The notes under the pieces: generated by a model | The model's database searches: none | What the model was told of the DNA's origin: nothing | The model's input: only the letters and a program-made list of their open reading frames with translations | Made by a program: the position numbers and the translations under genes | From: an uncultured Nitrospira sp. | Lineage (GTDB): Bacteria > Nitrospirota > Nitrospiria > Nitrospirales > Nitrospiraceae | Reading direction: 5' to 3' | DNA: 64,000 bases | Assembly (NCBI GenBank): GCA_964493335.1 | Contig: CAZBNV010000006.1 | Span: 1,944 to 65,943, forward strand | In this document: one piece after another, positions 51,270 through 64,000 of the stretch | How the letters are laid out: every line of letters starts with the position of its first letter | Numbering within the stretch: the first letter of the stretch is position 1

Positions 51270-51680
51270 ATGCCGACAACGACGCAATTTGTAGTGAGTG
51301 GACAGAGCAAGCCGGGGGTGCTGGCCGAGGTCGCGACAGTGCTGGGGGCCGCCGGGGTCAACATCAAGGCATTCTCGGCGCCAGAGGTCACCGGTCCGGG
51401 CAAGCTGCGCTTGATCGTGGCGGATGTGGATGCCGCTCGTATCGCATTGAGGAAATCAAAGATCAAGTTCCGCGAAGAGACGGCGTTGATTTTGAGCCTG
51501 GAGAACAAGCCGGGCGCGCTGAAACAGGTGGCTGATTCGCTCACCCGAGCCCGCATCAATGTGAAGTGCGGTTATTGCACCCCGTCACGGGAAGGCAAAC
51601 GTGCCATTGTGGTGCTGACCGTGTCGAACACCACCAAGGCCCTCGGGGTCCTGCGCACTCAATCACTCGACGAGTTTTAA
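51270..51680 (+). CDS. Tandem ACT-domain protein
   Basis: GAGGGAGAGGAG precedes ATG 51270. There are two beta-alpha-beta-beta-alpha-beta repeats (GVLAEVATVLGAAGVNI and GALKQVADSLTRARINV). Confidence 0.75.
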   Translation: MPTTTQFVVSGQSKPGVLAEVATVLGAAGVNIKAFSAPEVTGPGKLRLIVADVDAARIALRKSKIKFREETALILSLENKPGALKQVADSLTRARINVKCGYCTPSREGKRAIVVLTVSNTTKALGVLRTQSLDEF

Positions 51681-51691
51681 GTTTTCCCCCC

Positions 51692-52387
51692 ATGGAGGAG
51701 AAGAGGACAGACACCAGCCGTCTTCTTCTCCTTCTTGTTTTTACCGCATGGTTCAGTGGCTGCTCCGGCTGGAGTCCGGTGCGCCCGCCGCATCCGCCGG
51801 GTTACCCCCTGGGATTTGTCGAACGGGGGAGCGCCTCCTGGTATGGGCCAGGCTTCCACGGCAATCGCACGGCGAACGGTGAGGTGTACGATATGCATCA
51901 GCTGACTGCGGCGCATCGCACATTGCCGCTCGGGTCGGTGGCTGAAGTGCGATCCTTGACCACCGGCCGCCAGGTGACGGTGCGTATCAACGATCGAGGC
52001 CCGTTCGCTCGGGGGAGAATTCTGGATTTATCCTTTGCGGGTGCCCAGGCGATGGGCATGATCGGCCGTGGCACCGACGACATCGAGCTGCGGGTCATCC
52101 GTTATCAAGGAAGGGCCGGAGAATTCGGGGTCCTGCGGGTGCAGGTCGGCTCGTTTGCTGATCCGGCGAATGCGCGCCTCTTACTGGAGCGACTGAAGGG
52201 GAGCTATCCAGGTTCAAGGGCGGTAGCGGTCGATTTACCCGAGGGCCGTCGCTATCGGGTCTATGCCGGTCAGTTCCAGACGGAACCTGCGGCTGAGCAG
52301 GCTGCGGCTCACCTAAAAAGGAGCTTGGATACCGATCCGTTTATCATCCGTGATGACCTTCTGGGCCCGATTACAGGGGATCGATGA
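51692..52387 (+). CDS. rlpA: Septal ring lytic transglycosylase RlpA-family lipoprotein (DPBB and SPOR domains)
   Basis: Lipobox FSGC. DPBB core: GSASWYGPGFHGNRTANGEVYD...TAAHRTLPLGS...V.V.NDRGPF. The C-terminal SPOR domain contains VQVGSFADPANA. Confidence 0.85.
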   Translation: MEEKRTDTSRLLLLLVFTAWFSGCSGWSPVRPPHPPGYPLGFVERGSASWYGPGFHGNRTANGEVYDMHQLTAAHRTLPLGSVAEVRSLTTGRQVTVRINDRGPFARGRILDLSFAGAQAMGMIGRGTDDIELRVIRYQGRAGEFGVLRVQVGSFADPANARLLLERLKGSYPGSRAVAVDLPEGRRYRVYAGQFQTEPAAEQAAAHLKRSLDTDPFIIRDDLLGPITGDR

Positions 52388-52654
52388 GGGCGATGCCTGA
52401 GAGAGCACAGCAGAAGAGGCTGATATTGCGATTAAATGTCGGCGAGGGTGGAATCACTGTAACCCTTGATGCGTTTCGCTGCCTATGCTAATTGTATAGC
52501 TGATGGATGATAGTGACCCGAGAGGACCGTTTCCGGTCATCTTCCCACACCCCACGGTAAGCCTTGCGATTCGGACCACGGGCTCCGAATTGATCCAAGG
52601 ATCCGTCATTTACTGTAACCACTTCGTCCGGCTCTCATACCCTCGATAGGTCTT

Positions 52655-57860
<5,206 letters not shown>

Positions 57861-57861
<1 letters not shown>

Positions 57862-58814
57862 TATCGGCCAGGATGTAGAGGATCATCGCTCTCGAAGAAA
57901 AAATCGCCCAAGCCTTGCGGCAAGGCCTGATCGCCCAGGGCGCGCTTGCGTCGCCGTGACTGCGTCGGCAAATCGAGCGCTTCTTCTCCCAGCACCTTAA
58001 TGAGAGATTCACGCCAGGCAGCATCGACGGAGAGTGGGTCAGCCGGATCCTGCGCGCGACGTTTCAGGGCGTATTGCAGCAGATGGATGCCGTCGCGAAC
58101 CGAATAGTCGAGACTGAGTTGGTGCGCTTCCTGAAGAAATTCGACGGTCATGGCCAGCATCTCGGCCGGGGCAAAGGGCAGGTGGTAGCGCAAAATCGCC
58201 AACTCGTCCTCGCGAGCGGGGAATCCCATGCCCAGCGTCGGTTGCAGTCGCGACAGGATATAGTCTGGGACCTCATAGGTCGAGGCGTCCTCGTTCATCG
58301 TGACACAGCAGCGAAAATCCGCATGAGCCTTGATCAGGATTCCGGCGATGATCGATTCCACGCAACGCCGGTGATCCAGCAGCGGAGCCAAGGAGGCCCA
58401 GCTCTTCTCATTCATGCGATTGCCCTCGTCCAGCACGCAGATGCTGCCCGTCAGCACCGCGGTAATCAACGGCGAAGCATGGTAGCTGATGGTGCCGGAT
58501 TCAGCCAGGACGGGCGTAATCAGCAAATCTTCGGGGCGCGTGTCCGCCGTGCATTGGAAGACATAGAGACTCTGTTTTCGTTCGCGCGCGCCGGCCATCG
58601 CCAAGGTGGTTTTGCCGATCCCTGGTTGGCCGGTGATCCGGGGAGACAGGGGCAGGTCGCGATCATCGATGACCAGCCAACAGGCCAGTAATTGTTTGAG
58701 TATTTCTCGGTTCCCGATCCATTCTTGGCCCATGGTCATGGGCTGCGCGAGGTGCAGAGTGATGCCCTCGATGGTGAGCGTGCGAGAAGCCGACGGTGTT
58801 GTGCTGGGTGACAT
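57861..58814 (-). CDS. MoxR-like AAA+ ATPase (AAA_5 type)
   Basis: Walker A is [11 protein letters not shown] and Walker B is [10 protein letters not shown]. The size (317 aa) and helical lid are typical of MoxR/RavA-like ATPases. Confidence 0.85.
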
Positions 58815-59053
58815 GGTCTTTGTGGTTGCCGATTAGATGGAATAGGTGGAACGGAAATCTATTGCGACGGTAGCATAGGGGTGGGGAGAGGGTCAAACGA
58901 AGGCCCGGCCCATTTCACTTTGACTTTCGCTGCCTTGGACCGTATTCTTACCACTTTCGCAGGCCGCGAAGGCGACGCAGACGAACTACCATATCCTCGT
59001 CTTGATCGCATGCGGAAGCAACCCATGCATATCAGCAGCAGCCAAGGAGCCAC

Positions 59054-59740
59054 ATGATGAGCGAGAGTAACGGACAGACAAGACGCGCAGTCGGAGTTCC
59101 CATCGGGTTGCTCATAGTAGGCAGTCTCACCCTGAGCGGATGCGTGATGTCGGAGAAATATGAAGCGGAGAAGGCGCGAAGTCTGAATTTTCAGCGTCTC
59201 CTGGCGCAGGAGGAAAAACGAAGTTCCGAACTCGACAGTGAAGTGAAACGAACCAAGCGCGAACTCGGCGATTACGAAGCTCGCAATCGAGAGCTTGGCG
59301 CCCAGGTGGAAGCGGTACGTCAGCAAGCGGCTCAGATTCAGGAAGAGGCTCAGGCGATGAAGGAAGCCTCGCTGTTGGAGAAGCGGGCGCATGAAGACAT
59401 GAAGCGCCTCACCACCATCCCATCAAAGGCGAAGAAAGCGGCTCAAGCATCGAAGAAGGATTTTTCGGCCGCCGTCGACGAGGCGTTAAAGCCTGATGCG
59501 TCATCGGACTTCAAGATGGATACGGCCAAGGATACCCTCGGCCGCGAACAGACCGCTCTCGATACCTTCAGCGCGGAGCTCCCTTTAGAGGCGGGCAATA
59601 CCCATACGGTGCGGGCAGGCGAAACCCTCTATCGCATCGGCCAGAAATACCATGTCGGGCTCGACAAGTTACGCAAGTGGAACAACCTGACGAAAGACAA
59701 CATTGAAGTCGGACAGAAGTTGATCGTCAGCCGACCCTAA
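59054..59740 (+). CDS. Coiled-coil lipoprotein with a C-terminal LysM domain
   Basis: AAGGAG SD and lipobox LSGC. A heptad-rich middle region is followed by the LysM domain HTVRAGETLYRIGQKYHVGLDKLRKWNNL...GQKLIV. Confidence 0.85.
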   Translation: MMSESNGQTRRAVGVPIGLLIVGSLTLSGCVMSEKYEAEKARSLNFQRLLAQEEKRSSELDSEVKRTKRELGDYEARNRELGAQVEAVRQQAAQIQEEAQAMKEASLLEKRAHEDMKRLTTIPSKAKKAAQASKKDFSAAVDEALKPDASSDFKMDTAKDTLGREQTALDTFSAELPLEAGNTHTVRAGETLYRIGQKYHVGLDKLRKWNNLTKDNIEVGQKLIVSRP

Positions 59741-59760
59741 CTCTCGCGACCTGTGACGGA

Positions 59761-61257
59761 ATGAATAAGCCTCACTATTCTCTGACGCTGGATGAGTTTC
59801 GTGCCCTCGCGGCGGAAGGCAATCTGATTCCGCTGTATCGGGAAATTTTGGCGGACTATGAAACGCCGGTGTCGGCGTTCGCCAAAATCGACCAGGGGCC
59901 GACGGCCTATCTGTTGGAGAGTGTCGCAGGTGGCGAAAATTGGGCGCGCTACTCGTTTCTGGGAAGCGGGTCATCGGCGGTCATCCACGAGGAGAATGGG
60001 GATCTGCGGTTGACACGCGGGAAGAAAAGCCTGCTGATTCAAAGCCGCGGCAACCCCCTGGAACGTCTGCGCGAACTGATGGAGGAATATCGACCGGTGG
60101 CCGTGCCGGGCTTGCCGCGGTTCGTCGGCGGAGCGGTCGGTTATTTCAGCTATGACATGGTGCGCACCTTTGAGGAACTCCCCACTCTGCGCAGGGACAG
60201 CCTCGGCATGCCGGATCTCGCGTTCCTGCTGACGGACACCTTGCTGATCTTTGACAATGTGTCGCAGAAGATCAAGGTGGTCGCCAACGCCTATGTGGAA
60301 TCGACGAAAGAACGCGATATACGCGACGCCTATCGTCATGCTACCGCGCGAATCGAAAAGATGATCGTACGCTTGAAACGTCCGGTGCGGCAGCCCCGTC
60401 AGAAACGGCGTCGAAAGCCCATCACGTTTACGCCGAACATGAACAAGGCCGACTTCGAAAAAATGGTCGTGCGGACGAAAGAATATATCCGCTCCGGCGA
60501 CGTCGTGCAGGCCGTGTTGTCGCAACGGTGGGAAACACAAATTCATACGACGCCGTTTCAGCTCTACCGTGCGTTGCGGGTGATCAATCCCTCGCCCTAC
60601 ATGTATTACTTGCGTGTGGCCGGCGTGGAGTTGGTGGGGTCCTCGCCGGAGACATTGGTTCGTTGCGAGGACGGACACATCTCATTGCGCCCCATTGCCG
60701 GCACGCGTCGTCGCGGCCAGACCGAGGAGGAGGATCAAGAACTCGGGCGACGATTGCTGGCGGACGAAAAAGAGCGGGCCGAACATGTCATGCTGGTGGA
60801 TTTGGGACGGAATGACGTGGGAAGGGTCGCGGCGCGTGGTTCGGTCAAGGTGGACTCGCTGATGCAGGTCGAACGGTATTCGCACGTCATGCACATCGTC
60901 TCGCAGGTCACGGGGGAGTTGGAGAAGGGCAAATCGGTCTATGATGTCATGCGGGCCTGTTTTCCCGCTGGAACCGTCTCAGGCGCGCCCAAAATTCGGG
61001 CGATGGAAATCATCGAAGAATTGGAACCGACGCGACGCGGGCCCTATGCGGGTGCGGTGGGCTACTTTGGATTTTCCGGCAATATGGATCTCTGTATCAA
61101 CATCCGGACCGTCGTGATCAAGGGTCGCCAGGCCTATATTCAGGCCGGAGCCGGCATCGTCGCCGATTCGATCCCTGAACACGAGTACGATGAGACCTGC
61201 AATAAGGCGCGGGCGATGATGAAGGCGATCGAACTTGCCGAGCAAGGTCTGGAATAG
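59761..61257 (+). CDS. trpE: Anthranilate synthase component I
   Basis: LESV...GENWARYSF, the chorismate-binding domain, GTRRRG, GAPKIRAMEIIEELE, RGPYAGAVGYF. Confidence 0.95.
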   Translation: MNKPHYSLTLDEFRALAAEGNLIPLYREILADYETPVSAFAKIDQGPTAYLLESVAGGENWARYSFLGSGSSAVIHEENGDLRLTRGKKSLLIQSRGNPLERLRELMEEYRPVAVPGLPRFVGGAVGYFSYDMVRTFEELPTLRRDSLGMPDLAFLLTDTLLIFDNVSQKIKVVANAYVESTKERDIRDAYRHATARIEKMIVRLKRPVRQPRQKRRRKPITFTPNMNKADFEKMVVRTKEYIRSGDVVQAVLSQRWETQIHTTPFQLYRALRVINPSPYMYYLRVAGVELVGSSPETLVRCEDGHISLRPIAGTRRRGQTEEEDQELGRRLLADEKERAEHVMLVDLGRNDVGRVAARGSVKVDSLMQVERYSHVMHIVSQVTGELEKGKSVYDVMRACFPAGTVSGAPKIRAMEIIEELEPTRRGPYAGAVGYFGFSGNMDLCINIRTVVIKGRQAYIQAGAGIVADSIPEHEYDETCNKARAMMKAIELAEQGLE

Positions 61258-61355
61258 AAAAAGAGCGTAGAGCCCATAGCATATATCTGATGCGAAGATT
61301 CCTTGTGTCCGTTCTATTAGCCATAAGTCATCTGCCATAGGCTCCGAGTATTTGT

Positions 61356-61919
61356 ATGTTGTTGATGATCGATAATTACGACTCCTTCACGTACAACCTC
61401 GTCCAGTATTTCGGCGAGCTGGGGGAAGATGTCCAAGTGTATCGCAACGACAAGATTTCTTTGGCGGAAATCGACGCTCTGAAGCCACGCCGACTGGTCA
61501 TCTCGCCGGGACCCTGCACACCGAAAGAGGCCGGTATTTCCGTGGAGGCCATCCGATACTTCGGCGGCAAACTGCCGCTGCTCGGGGTCTGTCTCGGCCA
61601 CCAATCCCTGGCGGTCGCCTTCGGCGGTGAAGTGATCCGCGCAGAACGTCTCATGCACGGTAAAACCTCCATGGTTCGGCACGACGGGCGTACAATCTTT
61701 CGCAATCTGCCCAACCCCTTTGAGGCGACCCGCTACCATTCGCTCATCGTGAACCGCAAGACGCTGCCGGACTGTTTTCAGGTCAGCGCTGAAACAGCCG
61801 AGGGCGAGATTATGGGGATGCGGCACAAGACGCTGGGCATCGAAGGTGTGCAATTCCATCCCGAGTCGATTCTCACCACCGCCGGCAAGGAGCTGCTAAG
61901 AAACTTCCTGAAGTTGTAA
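61356..61919 (+). CDS. trpG: Anthranilate synthase component II (glutamine amidotransferase)
   Basis: [15 protein letters not shown], the catalytic GVCLGHQ, and HPES. Confidence 0.95.
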   Translation: MLLMIDNYDSFTYNLVQYFGELGEDVQVYRNDKISLAEIDALKPRRLVISPGPCTPKEAGISVEAIRYFGGKLPLLGVCLGHQSLAVAFGGEVIRAERLMHGKTSMVRHDGRTIFRNLPNPFEATRYHSLIVNRKTLPDCFQVSAETAEGEIMGMRHKTLGIEGVQFHPESILTTAGKELLRNFLKL

Positions 61920-61956
61920 CCGCAACCATCGACTATCTGCCCCCAGCCATCGGTTC

Positions 61957-62988
61957 TTGGACATGATCAAAGACGCGCTGCATAAATTGGCCGACCGGGT
62001 CAATCTCACGGAACTGGAAGCCGACACCGTCATGGGAGAAATCATGGACGGCGCGGCGAGTGCGGCGCAGATCGCGGCCTACCTCATGGGGCTGCGCATG
62101 AAGGGCGAGACGGTTGAGGAAATTGCCGGCTCTGTCCAAGCGATGCGTGCTCGCGCGACCAAGATCCGAGTGGGCGACTCCCAGGTGGTCGACACATGCG
62201 GGACGGGCGGAGACCGCGCGCAGACGTTTAACATTTCGACCACGGCGGCATTTGTCGTGGCGGGGGCAGGGCTCACGGTCGCGAAGCATGGCAACCGGTC
62301 GGTGTCGTCCAAGTGCGGCAGCGCTGATGTGTTGGCGGCGCTGGGTGTCCGGATCGATCTCCCGCCCGAGTTAGTGGCGGATTGTGTGAACGAGGTCGGC
62401 ATTGGATTTCTCTTCGCGCCGCTGTACCACAGCGCCATGAAACACTGCGCTGTGCCCAGACAGGAGCTGGGAATTCGTACCCTGCTCAATATCCTGGGGC
62501 CGCTGACAAACCCCGCGGGGGCTCGATTACAAGTCGTGGGTGTGTTCGATGCCGAATTGACAGAGTTATTGGCCAAGGTATTGGTGCATTTGGGGGCGCA
62601 ACATTGCTTTGTCGTCCACGGCATGGATGGGTTAGACGAGATCACGTTGACGGATCGGACCAGGATTTCAGAGGGCAAGGCGGGGGTGGTCTCGAGCTAT
62701 TTTGTCGAGCCGTTGGAGTTTGGCCTGCAACGGGTCAATCCGAAGGAACTGGTCGGCGGCGGCGCGGAAGACAATGCGGCCATTACCCGTGACATTCTTC
62801 GAGGGCGGAAGGGAGCGAAACGTGACATCGTGTGCCTGAACGCGGCGCCGGCGTTGGTGGCTGGACGTAAGGCGAAGACCCTGCAGGAAGGATTTCAGTT
62901 GGCCCAACACACGATTGAGATAGGGGCCGCCATGGATAAATTGGACAGACTCGTCGACTTTACAAAAAAGGGCAGCGCGTCATCGTGA
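61957..62988 (+). CDS. trpD: Anthranilate phosphoribosyltransferase
   Basis: DTCGTGGD, KHGNRSVSSKCGSADVL, HPAM-like SAMKH. ATG 61963 is an alternative start. Confidence 0.95.
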   Translation: MDMIKDALHKLADRVNLTELEADTVMGEIMDGAASAAQIAAYLMGLRMKGETVEEIAGSVQAMRARATKIRVGDSQVVDTCGTGGDRAQTFNISTTAAFVVAGAGLTVAKHGNRSVSSKCGSADVLAALGVRIDLPPELVADCVNEVGIGFLFAPLYHSAMKHCAVPRQELGIRTLLNILGPLTNPAGARLQVVGVFDAELTELLAKVLVHLGAQHCFVVHGMDGLDEITLTDRTRISEGKAGVVSSYFVEPLEFGLQRVNPKELVGGGAEDNAAITRDILRGRKGAKRDIVCLNAAPALVAGRKAKTLQEGFQLAQHTIEIGAAMDKLDRLVDFTKKGSASS

Positions 62989-63809
62989 TTCTGGATCAAA
63001 TCCTCGAGCATAAACGAGCAGAACTCCGGCGAAAGAACAGCCGTGGGTATCTCGCGGATCTGAAAAATAAAATCCGCGATGCCGGACCGACGATGGGATT
63101 TGCCGTGGCTCTCGATGCCCGGCGCACGGCAACGAACCCCGCCCTCATTGCTGAAGTGAAGAAGGCCTCGCCTAGTTTGGGGCTCTTGAGACCGGAATTC
63201 GCGCAGCGGTTTGAGCCAGTGACCATCGCGGAGGGTTACCGGAAGCACGGCGCTGCGGCCGTCTCCGTGCTGACGGATAAGGATTTCTTTCAGGGCAGTC
63301 TGGACTATTTGGCCGCGGTGAAGCGGCAGGTGGCCCTCCCGGCGTTGAACAAAGAATTCATGGTCGCGGATATTCAATTCTACGAGGCGCGCGCCTATGG
63401 GGCCGATGCGGTACTGTTGATCGTGGCTGGTTTGGAAAGACGACAGCTCGTCGACTTTGCGGCCTTAGCCAAAGAGTTGTCGCTCGACGTGCTGGTGGAG
63501 ACGCACCATGAGCGCGAGTTGGATATTGTGCTGGAATGGTTGCCGGATGTGCGGATGATCGGCATCAACAATCGGGACCTCAAGACGTTCTCGACGGATC
63601 TCGGGGTCACCGTTCGGCTCGCAAAACGCATTCCCAAGGACAAGCTGATCGTCAGCGAAAGCGGGATTCACCAGCGGCACGATGTCGTCCGGTTGGTTGA
63701 GGCCGGCGTGCACGCTCTGTTGATCGGGGAGTCGCTCATCAGAGCCCAGGATGTCGGGGCGAAAATTCGCGAACTGCTGGGAGACGAGACGAAAAAGGAG
63801 ACGCTATGA
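62985..63809 (+). CDS. trpC: Indole-3-glycerol-phosphate synthase
   Basis: GTGA overlap with trpD. IAEVKKASPS, VLTD..FF.GS, LNKEF, GINNRDL, SESGI. Confidence 0.95.
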   Translation: MILDQILEHKRAELRRKNSRGYLADLKNKIRDAGPTMGFAVALDARRTATNPALIAEVKKASPSLGLLRPEFAQRFEPVTIAEGYRKHGAAAVSVLTDKDFFQGSLDYLAAVKRQVALPALNKEFMVADIQFYEARAYGADAVLLIVAGLERRQLVDFAALAKELSLDVLVETHHERELDIVLEWLPDVRMIGINNRDLKTFSTDLGVTVRLAKRIPKDKLIVSESGIHQRHDVVRLVEAGVHALLIGESLIRAQDVGAKIRELLGDETKKETL

Positions 63810-64000
63810 TCCGGATGTGTGCCGTGGCATTGTCGGCTGGGCTGCTGATCCTTGCCGGCTGCGTCAATCAAGAGATTCATGAGTACTCGCCCAAGTGGGA
63901 TTCCTGGATGGGGAGCAGCAAAGACGATCGCATCAAGGAAATGGGTATTCCCACCAAGTGCCATTCCTTCAAGGACGGCGGAGAAGTGTGTGAGTGGTCG
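63806..64000 (+). CDS. Small lipoprotein, 3'-partial at the window end
   Basis: ATGA overlap with the trpC stop. MIRMCAVALSAGLLILAGC carries the lipobox LAGC. The frame is open to base 64000. It is absent from the ORF track because no stop lies within the window. Confidence 0.55.
   Translation, partial: MIRMCAVALSAGLLILAGCVNQEIHEYSPKWDSWMGSSKDDRIKEMGIPTKCHSFKDGGEVCEWS

Noticed and set aside
52388-52654. The 267-nt leader of the CNNM/CorC gene considered as a Mg2+ (M-box) or Mn2+ (yybP-ykoY) riboswitch.
   Set aside because: I could not find the conserved core sequences of either class by eye. A covariance-model scan would be needed.

Overview
64 kb of high-GC (about 58-60 %) bacterial chromosome, tightly packed with about 57 protein-coding genes. 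I found no rRNA, tRNA, CRISPR array, transposase, integrase or phage genes. Gene content suggests a Nitrospira-like (Nitrospirota) organism, but that is a low-confidence inference based on the ACIII-like module followed by cytochrome bd-like subunits and on the many hybrid kinases.

Layout:
- 1-12.2 kb: two convergent, paralogous phosphorelay modules. Each has a hybrid GAF/HisKA kinase with three receivers and a REC-PAS-HisKA_3-REC kinase. One module also carries stand-alone CheR and CheB.
- 12.5-28.2 kb and 37.2-50.8 kb: accessory genes typical of stationary-phase or desiccation survival. These include a DUF326 Cys-rich protein, a PLD-DedA fusion with an EEP phosphodiesterase, a HAD/P-loop ATPase fusion, an FAD-Rieske oxidoreductase, Ku-TopIB-TreZ-debranching enzyme-DUF72, OMP-Slp-LigD, PoxB, an AI-2E transporter, a YqjD/YqjE-like set, hemerythrin, and YtxH-BON.
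- 28.5-37.1 kb: an alternative-complex-III-like operon ending in two CydA-like (cytochrome bd-like) genes.
- 51-64 kb: housekeeping genes (ACT protein, RlpA, CNNM/CorC, LigA, a MoxR ATPase pair, a LysM lipoprotein, trpEGDC).

Main finding: an 18-bp CTAG-containing palindrome (consensus aCTAGG-N6-CCTAGt) occurs at least 10 times. Every copy is intergenic and lies 21-23 nt upstream of a TAnnnT -10 hexamer, in front of nearly every stress-type transcription unit. This looks like a single activator-dependent regulon that I do not recognise as described.

Other findings: an ASRT-family gene disrupted by two frameshifts, a truncated YihY gene, and a possible Cys-rich leader ORF upstream of ku.
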